Positions 47,032 through 56,484 of a stretch of DNA of 64,000 nucleotides are shown piece by piece. The stretch lies in assembly GCA_964412775.1 (NCBI GenBank), contig CAYPPX010000001.1, positions 226,699 through 290,698 on the forward strand. Reading direction: 5' to 3'. The translations under genes and the position numbers were made by a program. Each line of letters begins with the position of its first letter. The first letter of the stretch is position 1. The DNA is from an uncultured Pseudomonadales bacterium (GTDB lineage: Bacteria; Patescibacteriota; Microgenomatia; UBA1400; PJMF01). Under the pieces are notes generated by a model, which was not told the DNA's origin, did no database searches, and saw only the letters and a list, made by a program, of their open reading frames with translations.

Positions 47032-48330
47032 ATGCCCAAAAGCATACAGCAATCGTACAAAGTAAAGGAGCTTCGTATCACTGAAGTGCCGATCGAACAG
47101 ATAAAAGAAGCAGACTACAACCCTCGCTTTTTATCGCAGAAAGCAGAAGCGGATCTGACCAAAAGCTTGGAGATTTACGGCTGTACTGAGCCTTTGATAA
47201 TTAACATGTTTCCTGGTCGTGAATACACGCTCGTCTCTGGTCATCAAAGGCTGAAAATCTTAAAGAAACTTGGATATACATTAGTGCCAACAGTCAGTGT
47301 GAATTTGCCACTAGAAGCAGAGATGAAGTTGAACCTTCGTATGAACCGTAATATTGGCGAATTCGATCTAAACTTGCTACGTAATTTCGAGCTTGATGTA
47401 CTGCTTGAGACTGGATTTGACGATTCCGACTTGTCAGCAATCTGGGATGAGGCACTAGAAATTCAGGATGATGATTTTGATGTTGAGCAGGCAGTCATCC
47501 AGCACGCTGAACCAAGAACCAAACCAGGCGATCTGTATCAGTTGGGCCCGCATAGGCTACTTTGCGGTGATGCCACTTCACTTGCTGACATTCAGCGACT
47601 GGTGGGAAATGAAAGAATCGACATGGCGTACTGCGATTCTCCCTTTAATATCAGTCTCGACTACGCCAACGGCGTCAGCACTAAGGGCAAGTATGGAGCG
47701 ACTAAAACCAATGACTCAAAGACAACTGAAGAATATCGTCAATTTCTCCACGATGCAATTAGTAATGCCATTGCAGTGAGTAAGCCAGATGCTCACTACT
47801 TCTACTATATGGACCAAAACTGGATTTGGTTGCTACAGATGCTCTACATGGAGCTTGGCATTAAGCACGAGCGGGTGTGTTTATGGATTAAAAATAATTT
47901 TTCACCCACAAGTGGCAACAGTTTTAACAAATGTTATGAACCTGTAATTTATGGTGTGCGTGGCAAGCCATACCGCAACCCAAAGTTACTCAATCTTAAC
48001 GAGATTTTAAACAAAGAGGTCGGGACTGGTAATAGGTTGCACGATGACATTCTAGACCTAATGGAAATTTGGTTGGTCAAACGTAAGGCTGGGCAGGACT
48101 ATCTTCACCCAACTGAAAAATTGCCATCTCTTCACGAAAAAGCTTTAAGGCGATGCACGAAACCAGGAGACCTTGTGCTCGATACTTTCGGTGGTAGTGG
48201 TTCCCTAATGGTGTCCTGTGAACAGTTAAAACGTAGAGCCTACCTTTGCGAACTCGATCCAGTCTTTTGCGACGTGGTTATTGACCGCTATACAAAATTA
48301 ACCGGAAAGGAACCAATCTTATGCAAATAA
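47032..48330 (+). CDS. ParB-like nuclease domain fused to N6/N4 DNA methyltransferase
   Basis: N-terminal ParB/Srx fold (KELRITEVPIEQIKEADYNPR...LVSGHQRLKIL), then MTase motifs CDSPFN and LDTFGGSGS. AGGAG RBS before the ATG at 47032. GC-richer than the host. Confidence 0.65.
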   Translation: MPKSIQQSYKVKELRITEVPIEQIKEADYNPRFLSQKAEADLTKSLEIYGCTEPLIINMFPGREYTLVSGHQRLKILKKLGYTLVPTVSVNLPLEAEMKLNLRMNRNIGEFDLNLLRNFELDVLLETGFDDSDLSAIWDEALEIQDDDFDVEQAVIQHAEPRTKPGDLYQLGPHRLLCGDATSLADIQRLVGNERIDMAYCDSPFNISLDYANGVSTKGKYGATKTNDSKTTEEYRQFLHDAISNAIAVSKPDAHYFYYMDQNWIWLLQMLYMELGIKHERVCLWIKNNFSPTSGNSFNKCYEPVIYGVRGKPYRNPKLLNLNEILNKEVGTGNRLHDDILDLMEIWLVKRKAGQDYLHPTEKLPSLHEKALRRCTKPGDLVLDTFGGSGSLMVSCEQLKRRAYLCELDPVFCDVVIDRYTKLTGKEPILCK

Positions 48331-49070
48331 AACCAGGCATGATTTTACAACTCGGCGAGCATGTCCTCGCCTGTGGTAATAGCACTGACAAAGAGTTTGT
48401 CAAAAAAGTAGTTGGCGATACCAGTATTGCCTCAGTGCAGTCAGACCCTCCATATGGGGTCGCAATTGCTGATTCGTCACTTAATCCATCCAAACACAAG
48501 TCACTTGTGAATGATCACCTGCAATCTGATCAGGAGTATGCCGAATTCACACAGAACTGGCTAGAGGCAGTCAAGCCCTTTCTAGCCAAGAAAAACTCAG
48601 CCTATGTGTGGAACTCAGACAAGATGGTCTTTGCTCTGAGACAAGGACTGTTGCAGTCAGGATTCAAGGTGTCTCAGATGCTGATTTGGGTTAAATCTCA
48701 GCCAGTCATCGGTAGGTTGGATTACTTGCCCATGCATGAACTCTGCCTTTATGGCTGGCATGGCACTCATAAATTCCACAAAGCCAAAGACAAGTCGGTA
48801 CTGTTTGCTCCCAAGCCACAGAAAAGTAAATGGCATGCAACTCAAAAACCAGTCACCTTAATTCGGCGACTCATCCTCAACAGCACTGAAATTGGCGACA
48901 CGGTCTACGACCCATTTTTGGGTAGTGGCACTACTATGCTTGCCAGCCAGCAAACCCTTCGCAAATGCATTGGCATCGAGCTTGTGCCCGAATATTGCCA
49001 AGTTGCAGTTGAGCGCTGGGAGCGTTTAACAGGGCTAAAGGCAACCGTGAGAAAGGAATCCCATGAATAA
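48321..49070 (+). CDS. DNA methyltransferase (N6/N4, beta class)
   Basis: SDPPYG motif IV near the N-terminus and FLGSGTT motif I near the C-terminus. 10-nt overlap with the upstream gene. Confidence 0.65.
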   Translation: MQIKPGMILQLGEHVLACGNSTDKEFVKKVVGDTSIASVQSDPPYGVAIADSSLNPSKHKSLVNDHLQSDQEYAEFTQNWLEAVKPFLAKKNSAYVWNSDKMVFALRQGLLQSGFKVSQMLIWVKSQPVIGRLDYLPMHELCLYGWHGTHKFHKAKDKSVLFAPKPQKSKWHATQKPVTLIRRLILNSTEIGDTVYDPFLGSGTTMLASQQTLRKCIGIELVPEYCQVAVERWERLTGLKATVRKESHE

Positions 49071-49491
49071 AGACCTACAAGACCGCACTGCTATCAATCG
49101 ACAACTCATGCTAGAACAGCTCCAGAAGACCCCAGTGGTGCAGGTGTGCTGTGAAAAGCTGGGCATAGCCCGTTCGACCTACTACCGCTGGAGGGAGGAA
49201 GACCCAGAATTTGCCAAGCAGGCGGATAAAGCTTTAGCGGAAGGAGTGGCACTGATTAATGATCTTACCGAATCTCAACTTTTATCTGCTATTAAAGATC
49301 GCAACATCTCTGCAATTTTTTATTGGTTGAACCACAGACACTCTGCCTACAGCAATAAGCTAGAGATCACTGCCAAGGTGAAGGATGAGGCACTAACGTC
49401 AGAGCAGGAGGCATTGATTAAAAAAGCTCTGGAGCATGCATCGCTCTTAATTGACCCTAGTAGAAAGGAGCATGATGACGGCCAGCATTAA
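49063..49491 (+). CDS. Terminase small subunit-like HTH protein
   Basis: VQVCCEKLGIARSTYYRWREEDPEF HTH, typical of phage TerS/Nu1-like proteins; directly precedes TerL. Confidence 0.45.
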   Translation: MNKDLQDRTAINRQLMLEQLQKTPVVQVCCEKLGIARSTYYRWREEDPEFAKQADKALAEGVALINDLTESQLLSAIKDRNISAIFYWLNHRHSAYSNKLEITAKVKDEALTSEQEALIKKALEHASLLIDPSRKEHDDGQH

Positions 49492-51040
49492 ATTAAACCC
49501 AGAAGAAATTCAATCAATCATCGCCGACAAAAATGTTAGAGTGAACTTAGCCAAACAAAGCTGTTTGTGGTTCTCATCCATTTACTTCTCACACTACTTT
49601 ACGCACGATTTTGCAAAGTTCCACTATGATTTGTTTAATCTGGCTTCCCAGCGAGAATTGCAACTACTCATAGCCATCATGTTTCGTGGGTCTGGCAAGA
49701 GTACGATCATGACCACCATTTACCCGCTGTACGCTTTGTTCGGAAAACCTGAGAAAAAGCTCATTGTGATTGTGAGTCAAACAGCTGATCTGGCTCGGAC
49801 ACATCTAAAAAACATTAAAAGTGAGTTGACTACCAATCAACTACTCAAGGAAGACCTGGGACCATTCAAGGAAGTGGATAATCTGTGGAATGCCCAAGCC
49901 ATTGAACTACCCAAGCAGGGAGCAATGATTGTGGCTATCTCTATAGACCAAAGCATTCGTGGTTTGCGGTACAAACAACATCGACCAGACCTCATTATTT
50001 GTGACGACATTGAGGACAGTCAGTCGGTTAAGACAGAAGAAGGTCGCAGACGCACTCAGGAGCTGTACAGTAGTGAAATTGCTCCGCTTGGTGATCTTGG
50101 TACTCAAATTGTGATGGTTGGTAATTATCTCCATCCCAATGGCTTGCTGAGCAAATTAAAGACCGACATTAACGAAGGAAAGATACTGGGTAAGGCTTTG
50201 TTCGTACCACTAGTTACTGAGGATAAAAAAATCATGTGGCCTGAAAAGTTTCCAACGCTTGACGATGTGTACAGGCTGAAGGCACTGATAGCCGACGAAA
50301 TAATTTGGCTTAGAGAATATGAACTTAGAATTGTGGCGGACTACGACCTCTACTACACCTTTGAAAACATTCATTTTTATGACGAGGTTAACCCAGCCTG
50401 GAAACCATATTTTCAGTATCGACTAGTTGCTGCCGACCTAGCCATTTCGCAGGAAAATACGGCTGACTTTACTGCCATTGCACAGGCAGACGTATATAAA
50501 GTGAACGATCTGTTTCACATCTTCATTCTGCCTTACCTTATTAACAAGCGAATGACATTTCATGAGATCTGTAACACCTTAGAGAGTATTGGTGTTCAGC
50601 AAAATCCCCGCCCTTTTATTTATGTAGAAGATACAGGCTTTCAGAGGATATTTTCACAGGAACTTCAAAGCAGAGGCACCATTATAGTGTCCCCATTCAG
50701 TGTCAAAGGCATGAGTAAAAGAGAACGGCTTTCACTTACAGTCATGTGGCATCAGCAGGGACAAATCCACTTTCCTAGATTTGGTGTAGAACCTTTACTA
50801 AACCAGCTAACTGGCTTCGGTAGGGAAAAACATGACGACTTAGTTGATGCATACACGATGTTGGTAATGCAGGTTCAACGATTAGTGCATGAGCATGATA
50901 CTCCGTATGATCCGCACCAACCCAGCATCGTAATAGTTAGAAATAGTAATCATTGGCAACGTGGCTCTTTTGATCAGAAAATGGACCCAAGAACACTCAG
51001 GAATGATCCTTATGATTTTGACACTAAACGAGGTCGCTAA
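49451..51040 (+). CDS. Phage terminase large subunit
   Basis: Walker A FRGSGKST; Walker B/coupling LIICDDIED; C-terminal nuclease-fold region; 529 aa. Confidence 0.65.
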   Translation: MTLVERSMMTASIKLNPEEIQSIIADKNVRVNLAKQSCLWFSSIYFSHYFTHDFAKFHYDLFNLASQRELQLLIAIMFRGSGKSTIMTTIYPLYALFGKPEKKLIVIVSQTADLARTHLKNIKSELTTNQLLKEDLGPFKEVDNLWNAQAIELPKQGAMIVAISIDQSIRGLRYKQHRPDLIICDDIEDSQSVKTEEGRRRTQELYSSEIAPLGDLGTQIVMVGNYLHPNGLLSKLKTDINEGKILGKALFVPLVTEDKKIMWPEKFPTLDDVYRLKALIADEIIWLREYELRIVADYDLYYTFENIHFYDEVNPAWKPYFQYRLVAADLAISQENTADFTAIAQADVYKVNDLFHIFILPYLINKRMTFHEICNTLESIGVQQNPRPFIYVEDTGFQRIFSQELQSRGTIIVSPFSVKGMSKRERLSLTVMWHQQGQIHFPRFGVEPLLNQLTGFGREKHDDLVDAYTMLVMQVQRLVHEHDTPYDPHQPSIVIVRNSNHWQRGSFDQKMDPRTLRNDPYDFDTKRGR

Positions 51041-51236
51041 GCTTCACCTTCAGCACCTTAGCGATTTTCTGAAGCACTTCCAGCGAGGGGACGTTGCGTC
51101 CTTGCTCTATGTAACCCATGTAGGCACGACTGACACCAACCTTAAAAGCAACTGTTTCCTGTGACAAACCAGTTTCTTTACGAGCTTTCTGGACTTTTTG
51201 GCCAAGCACTTTGGGCAATTTGGCATTTTTTCTCAT
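51024..51236 (-). CDS. XRE-family HTH transcriptional regulator
   Basis: 70 aa; GLSQETVAFKVGVSRAYMGYIEQGRNVPSLEVLQKIAKVL. Confidence 0.65.
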   Translation of the reverse strand: MRKNAKLPKVLGQKVQKARKETGLSQETVAFKVGVSRAYMGYIEQGRNVPSLEVLQKIAKVLKVKLSDLV

Positions 51237-51348
51237 GCCCTAATTGTTTAGTGAAAAGGCGTTTCACTCCACTTAGTGAGAGTTAGCAATTTCTTCTGGT
51301 ATTGAGCTTGCTTTTATGCTAACTCTGGCTTATCATTAGTCAGGAAAT

Positions 51349-52452
51349 ATGCCAATAATTGTGTCCCAAAATGGGAGAAACGCCACTAAATTAGACAAAA
51401 TAAGCTTCGGTTTGGAGAATAAACTGCAAGCTTACATCTACGATAACCCAGAAAGTATTCCTTTGTATGACATCAAAGATGATATTCGACTACTCATCCT
51501 TGCTCGGGAGTTTGGGACGACTAGTGGACCCATAGATGCAGTCGGTATTGATGGGGATGGTCAACTCTATTTAGTAGAAACGAAGCTGTATAAAAATCCA
51601 GACAAGAGAACTGTGGTCGCTCAAGTTCTGGATTACGGAGCATCACTTTGGAAAAGTCTTAACGACTTTGACGATTTCCTCCTCCAACTCAATGGTCATG
51701 TGCAAAAGAAATTTAGCATGTCGGCAACTGAAAAGATCAAAACCTTTTTTGGTATTGATGATGAACGATTGCAGACTGTACTAGAGCAAATGAAGCTTAA
51801 CTTAGACGAAGGCAATTTCAAGTTTGTAGTGCTAATGGACAGCATGGAAGACAGGCTTAAAGATCTAATCGTCTACATGAACCAAAACAGCAAATTTGAT
51901 ATTTATGGAGTGGAACTGGAGTACTACCAACATGACAGTTTTGAAATACTGATCCCCAAAATCTATGGAGCCCAAGTCAAAAAAGATGTGGGAAGTAAGC
52001 GAGTTAATACAGCTGTGATCACCGATGAGGAATTTATCCAAGCCTTTGAACAGGCAGTGCAACCAGTTGTGCAAAGTATCATGCAACTGAGTGCTGACAT
52101 ATCCGCAGGAGGCATATCCATTCAGGGATTATCGAGTCGCAAAACTCCCAAAAACATTAACTTTTACTTCACCCACTCTGACCAAGAGAAAAATGCACTC
52201 ACCGTAACTATTGGAGTAAATGGTGGCATTGCTGGCAAAACCCTAGATTTCTGGTGCAATAACCCAGATAGATTGGGACAAGTAACTACCGCAATTCAGC
52301 AAGTACTTGGGATAGAGACTAAGCAACTACCAACTGGGACAGGCTATGGCATCGTGGCGAAGTGGGATTTGAAGGAAGTGAGTGTAGACAAGCTAATTTT
52401 ATTGTTTGAACATATTGTGAAACTTAGAACAATCGAAGGTTCTAGTTTATAA
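51349..52452 (+). CDS. PD-(D/E)xK nuclease-family protein (NucS/DUF91-like core)
   Basis: GPIDAVGIDGDGQLYLVETKLYKN...VVAQVLDY (D...E-x-K...Q). Confidence 0.4.
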   Translation: MPIIVSQNGRNATKLDKISFGLENKLQAYIYDNPESIPLYDIKDDIRLLILAREFGTTSGPIDAVGIDGDGQLYLVETKLYKNPDKRTVVAQVLDYGASLWKSLNDFDDFLLQLNGHVQKKFSMSATEKIKTFFGIDDERLQTVLEQMKLNLDEGNFKFVVLMDSMEDRLKDLIVYMNQNSKFDIYGVELEYYQHDSFEILIPKIYGAQVKKDVGSKRVNTAVITDEEFIQAFEQAVQPVVQSIMQLSADISAGGISIQGLSSRKTPKNINFYFTHSDQEKNALTVTIGVNGGIAGKTLDFWCNNPDRLGQVTTAIQQVLGIETKQLPTGTGYGIVAKWDLKEVSVDKLILLFEHIVKLRTIEGSSL

Positions 52453-52459
52453 TGAGTAT

Positions 52460-52657
52460 ATGAATAAAATAATGATTAGTGTGTTTCTGCTATTAGCTGG
52501 TATTGCTATCACATTTCATTATTTACTCCCTGCATTTGCGAGAAACCAGTGTGCTCACAATCTTCAAGACAAGTCTAACTATCAATTGGAGCGAGAGAAG
52601 GATGTTTATAGATATCGTTTCTTCACCTGCCTTTCGTATTATGGAGTTGAAAAATGA
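52460..52657 (+). CDS. Small membrane protein (65 aa)
   Basis: N-terminal TM helix; ORF only. Confidence 0.25.
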   Translation: MNKIMISVFLLLAGIAITFHYLLPAFARNQCAHNLQDKSNYQLEREKDVYRYRFFTCLSYYGVEK

Positions 52658-53064
52658 CAAGGAAGCAACTTTCATTATCTGATCTGAGAGAAAAACTAAA
52701 TAAAAATAAAGCCTTTCCGATTTATAAGAAAAAGATTAGTAATGATGATTTGAAGCTGGTATTTTCTGACAAAGAACTCAAGAAAAAATCTGGTCTTAAA
52801 ACTTACACACTTATATTTGGAATATTTGTTTTACTAACTGGCTTATTTTCAATTGACCTTGTACGAATGTTCGTTGGATTAGTTTTTGTATTTGTGTCAA
52901 TGTTTATGGAAAACCCAAATATTAAATTCTTGAAGGAAAGAATTAAAAAAAGCCCAGATCATCTAATTAGTGCATTTGAAAATGGTTTAGTAACTTTTCA
53001 CCTAATGGGCGGTTTCGGAACTATTTCTAAAGATGATACTCAGTTGGTTGAAGATGAGGAATAG
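52654..53064 (+). CDS. Membrane protein (136 aa, two TM helices)
   Basis: ORF with hydrophobic segments. Confidence 0.3.
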   Translation: MTRKQLSLSDLREKLNKNKAFPIYKKKISNDDLKLVFSDKELKKKSGLKTYTLIFGIFVLLTGLFSIDLVRMFVGLVFVFVSMFMENPNIKFLKERIKKSPDHLISAFENGLVTFHLMGGFGTISKDDTQLVEDEE

Positions 53065-53067
53065 CAT

Positions 53068-53985
53068 ATGAGTAAAGTTGTGAAACATGGTGACTCGCAT
53101 GGTATCTATAGAACTGAGGACGGTGAGATTATTTATGGAGAAAGTCGTTTTGTTTTCATCAAAAACTTAAGCTATTACCTTGCTGAGTTAAAAATTTATG
53201 CCGATGGAATGGTTGATTGCTGGGGGTTGATGGATCTTGATGAATTAAAAGAAAAACTTGATAGTGGTTGGATAACCTTAAGTATTCCCAATGGAGCAAG
53301 TGTTGATATCCACATGTTAAGCTCACTTAAAGTCAGTGAAGCAAATAACTACATATCAAATCAGGAATTCCTCAAAGAAATTCAAGACACCATCTCTGAT
53401 CTGAATGACCAGCCGACTTCTTTAGAATTGTGCAGAAATGCATATGAACAATACCTAGACGATAAAAGTACTGAAAACAAAATAAAGTTAAGAAAAGCTT
53501 ATTATGCTATGCCGGAGCATATGAGACACTTTGTTTTGGGAGATATGCAGGCGAAAGATTCGCCAATTACATCAATTATCGATACAGTAGACTTAGATGA
53601 AGTTGAACCAAAATTTCCATTTAAAAAAGATGAAAAATTCATTGAGTTATATAAGCAAGTTGCTCAAGATGAAATTCCTTATTATTGGGCAGTGATAAAA
53701 ATTGATGGCATTAAGCCGTTTAGTGATGCTGATGTTGAAATTGAAGATAGTTTTAGAAAACATTTCTTAGAAAAATATACTGAGGGCAAGCCTATTTCAA
53801 TTCATGTATATCAGGATGGTGATGTTTTCATTATGAGTGATGACTATATGAGTTTTACTCTTTATAAGGGACTAGGTGTGAAAACAATACCTTGTTTAGT
53901 AATGGGAGAACCTGTCGGAGACCACGTGATTGATAAAATGAAAATCCGCTTTCAAGCACCAGCAGTTGTGGTTAATCAGGAGTAA
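53068..53985 (+). CDS. Hypothetical protein (305 aa)
   Basis: ORF only; AT-rich. Confidence 0.4.
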   Translation: MSKVVKHGDSHGIYRTEDGEIIYGESRFVFIKNLSYYLAELKIYADGMVDCWGLMDLDELKEKLDSGWITLSIPNGASVDIHMLSSLKVSEANNYISNQEFLKEIQDTISDLNDQPTSLELCRNAYEQYLDDKSTENKIKLRKAYYAMPEHMRHFVLGDMQAKDSPITSIIDTVDLDEVEPKFPFKKDEKFIELYKQVAQDEIPYYWAVIKIDGIKPFSDADVEIEDSFRKHFLEKYTEGKPISIHVYQDGDVFIMSDDYMSFTLYKGLGVKTIPCLVMGEPVGDHVIDKMKIRFQAPAVVVNQE

Positions 53986-54011
53986 CTTTCTAGCCTAGAC
54001 TTTCCATCCTT

Positions 54012-54224
54012 TCGCGGTACCTTGTCGCTGTATGGACAAGATGAAACTACTAAAACTCATTAAACGGTGTGAGTACTATTTCTATCGCTATCTCATTACT
54101 GGAGATAAGCGATACATTGATAAGTATTTTCAGAACAGTAAACGAATCAAAAATGAGGTTGGCAAATGATGCCAAACAACCTCAATTCCACAGCTAGACT
54201 TACCAGAAAATCGCGGTACCTTGT
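54012..54224. repeat. Two 14-bp direct repeats TCGCGGTACCTTGT, 199 bp apart, upstream of the recombinase gene
   Basis: Exact copies at 54012-54025 and 54211-54224. An inverted repeat TTGGCA-aatga-TGCCAA lies at ~54155-54171. Confidence 0.7.
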
Positions 54225-54408
54225 GTCCTTGATGAAAGACCAAATACCAGATTATAAGCTCCAAAAAGCAATCAAGATTATGGACCAATGCATATTTGCC
54301 ATCAGGTTTTACGAAAAAACTGGACAAGACAAATACATTGATGAACTTAGTTGGGCTGTAAAAAGACTTCACCAATTGTTTAGCGAGAAAGGAGATAAAA
54401 ATGACTGA
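54166..54408 (+). CDS. Small hypothetical protein (80 aa) overlapping the recombinase start; possible accessory/directionality factor
   Basis: ORF with 8-nt overlap onto the recombinase gene. A competing antisense ORF at 54130-54375 makes the call uncertain. Confidence 0.25.
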   Translation: MMPNNLNSTARLTRKSRYLVSLMKDQIPDYKLQKAIKIMDQCIFAIRFYEKTGQDKYIDELSWAVKRLHQLFSEKGDKND

Positions 54409-55705
54409 TATTCGCTACTGCCTATATGCCAGAAAATCCAGTGAATCTGATGAACGCCAAGCGATGAGTATTGATGGACAAATTAGTGAAATGCTCAAAA
54501 TCGCCAAACGGGAAAAAGTAAATGTGGTTGAAACAATTACTGAAAGTCATTCTGCCAAAGAGTCTGGACAGCGACCAGAGTTCAACATTCTGCTCAGTAA
54601 ACTATCTGAAGGAAAATTCAACGCCATTTTGACATGGGCACCCGACCGCCTCAGTCGTAATGCTGGGGATCTAGGAAGAATAGTTGATTTAATGGACCAA
54701 GGCAAGTTACTTCAAATAAAAACCTATTCACAATCATTCACCAACAATCCTAACGAAAAATTCCTCCTCATGATTTTATGCAGTCAAGCAAAACTTGAAA
54801 ATGATAATCGCGGTGTGAATGTAAAACGAGGATTAAGAAATAAATGTGAGTTTGGTATCAGACCAGGCCTTGCTCCTATCGGTTACACCAATGTGTTGAA
54901 AGCTAACCGCATCTCAACAGTTGAACAAGATACACAGCGAGCACCGATTATCAAAGAAATATTTGAAAAAGTAGCCTACCAAGGATACTCAGGAAGAATG
55001 GTTAAAAAGTGGCTTGACGACATTGATTTTAGAACTAAAAGTGGTTGTCGGATGCCACTGAGTAAAGTCTATGTAGCTTTGCAAAATCCATTTTATTATG
55101 GTGAGTTTCAATATGGAGATAAGTGGTATAAAGGAACCCATAAACCTCTGATCAGTAAGACTCTATTCGAGAAGGTGCAGATCCAACTACAGGTTGCTCC
55201 CAAGCAATGGAACAAACAACTCTTTCCATTCAAAAAGATTTGTAAATGCGGATCATGCGGTGGAAGCGTGACAGCTGAAATTAAGTATCGAAGAACAAAG
55301 GCAAACCAAGTAAACACTCACATTTACTACCACTGCAATCGCATCAAAAAATATGACTGCAAAGAGCCATACATTACTGAGCAGGAACTCATTACTCAGC
55401 TTATCGGACACCTGCCAGAAATTAAGCTCAACACAAAATATTTGATGACAGAATTTGAGACTGAGGTCAAACGACTTCAGCATCTAAAAGCTACAGTGAT
55501 AGATAAATTTACGCCACGATTTGAATTAACTCAACATAATACTGGTGCTGGAAATACTGAAGAGGTATCTAGCTCGCAAACAGAAATCCTTCGAGAGTAT
55601 TTACTTCATGTTCTTCAGTACGGAACTCCAGAGGAGAGATTGAAAATATTAGGTGGAGTGAAGTCAAAATTTGAATTGAAAGACAGAAAAATTGAGTTGC
55701 TCTAA
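54401..55705 (+). CDS. Large serine recombinase (phage integrase/transposase type)
   Basis: N-terminal catalytic domain YCLYARKSSESDERQAMSIDGQ; recombinase domain; zinc-ribbon CKCGSCGG...HIYYHCNR; C-terminal coiled coil; 434 aa. Confidence 0.75.
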   Translation: MTDIRYCLYARKSSESDERQAMSIDGQISEMLKIAKREKVNVVETITESHSAKESGQRPEFNILLSKLSEGKFNAILTWAPDRLSRNAGDLGRIVDLMDQGKLLQIKTYSQSFTNNPNEKFLLMILCSQAKLENDNRGVNVKRGLRNKCEFGIRPGLAPIGYTNVLKANRISTVEQDTQRAPIIKEIFEKVAYQGYSGRMVKKWLDDIDFRTKSGCRMPLSKVYVALQNPFYYGEFQYGDKWYKGTHKPLISKTLFEKVQIQLQVAPKQWNKQLFPFKKICKCGSCGGSVTAEIKYRRTKANQVNTHIYYHCNRIKKYDCKEPYITEQELITQLIGHLPEIKLNTKYLMTEFETEVKRLQHLKATVIDKFTPRFELTQHNTGAGNTEEVSSSQTEILREYLLHVLQYGTPEERLKILGGVKSKFELKDRKIELL

Positions 55706-55710
55706 AAAAA

Positions 55711-56214
55711 TTAAACAACTGGTTCAAAATCCCATTTTGATTCGTAGTTTACAGCCAGTGGGGTGTCAATTGGGTAGCCATCATTTTCCAAGCCTATTCT
55801 AAATCTTCTCAAATTTGTGTCACTTTCTTCAGTCTTTGTGGACAACCAATACTGATGTTGTTCTCTAACGTAGTTGGCCACAATTCTGCTTGGCACGACA
55901 AAAAATCTAAATACCTGGTCAGAAGAGATATTTACGAAAATATAAAATAGATTGGGATCAACAATAGTTTCATGCTTCTCAGACATCATCCAGTCAAATG
56001 TATTGCCAAACATTCTTGATTTATATGCGTTGTCTCTATAGTGAGTTTTAACCTCAATTTTAAACAACCTTCCTGTTTCGGGGTCAGCCACCAAGATATC
56101 AACACTTTTAGTATTACCCAATGTCATGTTGGCATCATAACCATACAGAGTAAGTTGAGATAAAACAGCAAACTCACCTGCCAAAGCAATAGAATTATTT
56201 GAAAGATTACGCAT
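55711..56214 (-). CDS. PD-(D/E)xK nuclease-fold protein (Hjc/restriction-endonuclease-like)
   Basis: AGEFAVLSQLTLYGYDANM...SVDILVADPETGRLFKIEVKT (D...E-x-K). Confidence 0.4.
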   Translation of the reverse strand: MRNLSNNSIALAGEFAVLSQLTLYGYDANMTLGNTKSVDILVADPETGRLFKIEVKTHYRDNAYKSRMFGNTFDWMMSEKHETIVDPNLFYIFVNISSDQVFRFFVVPSRIVANYVREQHQYWLSTKTEESDTNLRRFRIGLENDGYPIDTPLAVNYESKWDFEPVV

Positions 56215-56396
56215 TCATTCAGTATAACAAGGAACCAAAAAGCTTAGAACCAACGACTTTTCCTTATGAGCGTTTTTAGGCGATTTTCTAGCTTACAGGC
56301 CTCTTTTGCGACCCTCATCAATTACGTCGATAATTAAGCAGGTAGCATCAAGCTATTTAATGGTAGTTGATTGGTCTTGGAGCAACAAAGGGTGTT

Positions 56397-56484
56397 TGGC
56401 GGAGATGATGGGATTCGAACCCATGAACCGGAGAACCGGTCAGGTTTAGCAAACCTGTGCAATTGGCCACTATGCGACACCTCC
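56397..56484 (-). tRNA. tRNA-Ser (anticodon GCT), type II
   Basis: Reverse complement GGAGGTGTCGCATAGTGGCC...CAGGT-TTGCTAA-ACCTG-[long arm]-GGTTCGAATCC...CATCTCCGCCA. Confidence 0.85.

Larger units (their letters stand above)
34083..56484. mobile_element. Putative ~22-kb integrated mobile/defence island
   Basis: Bounded by tRNA-Ser(GCT) and a tRNA 3'-like fragment. It carries a large serine recombinase at the tRNA-proximal end, terminase genes, four methyltransferases, several nucleases and toxin-antitoxin-like genes. Sub-segments differ in composition. Confidence 0.5.

Noticed and set aside
47468-47779. 103-aa internal ORF within the ParB-MTase gene, and 48278-48499 / 48657-48845 minus ORFs
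   Set aside because: Nested in genes with clear MTase motifs. The region is GC-richer, which inflates spurious ORF length.
54130-54375. 81-aa minus-strand ORF overlapping the small ORF upstream of the recombinase
   Set aside because: Competes with the + strand ORF that is translationally coupled to the recombinase. Neither has a recognisable motif, so only the + strand one is listed, at low confidence.
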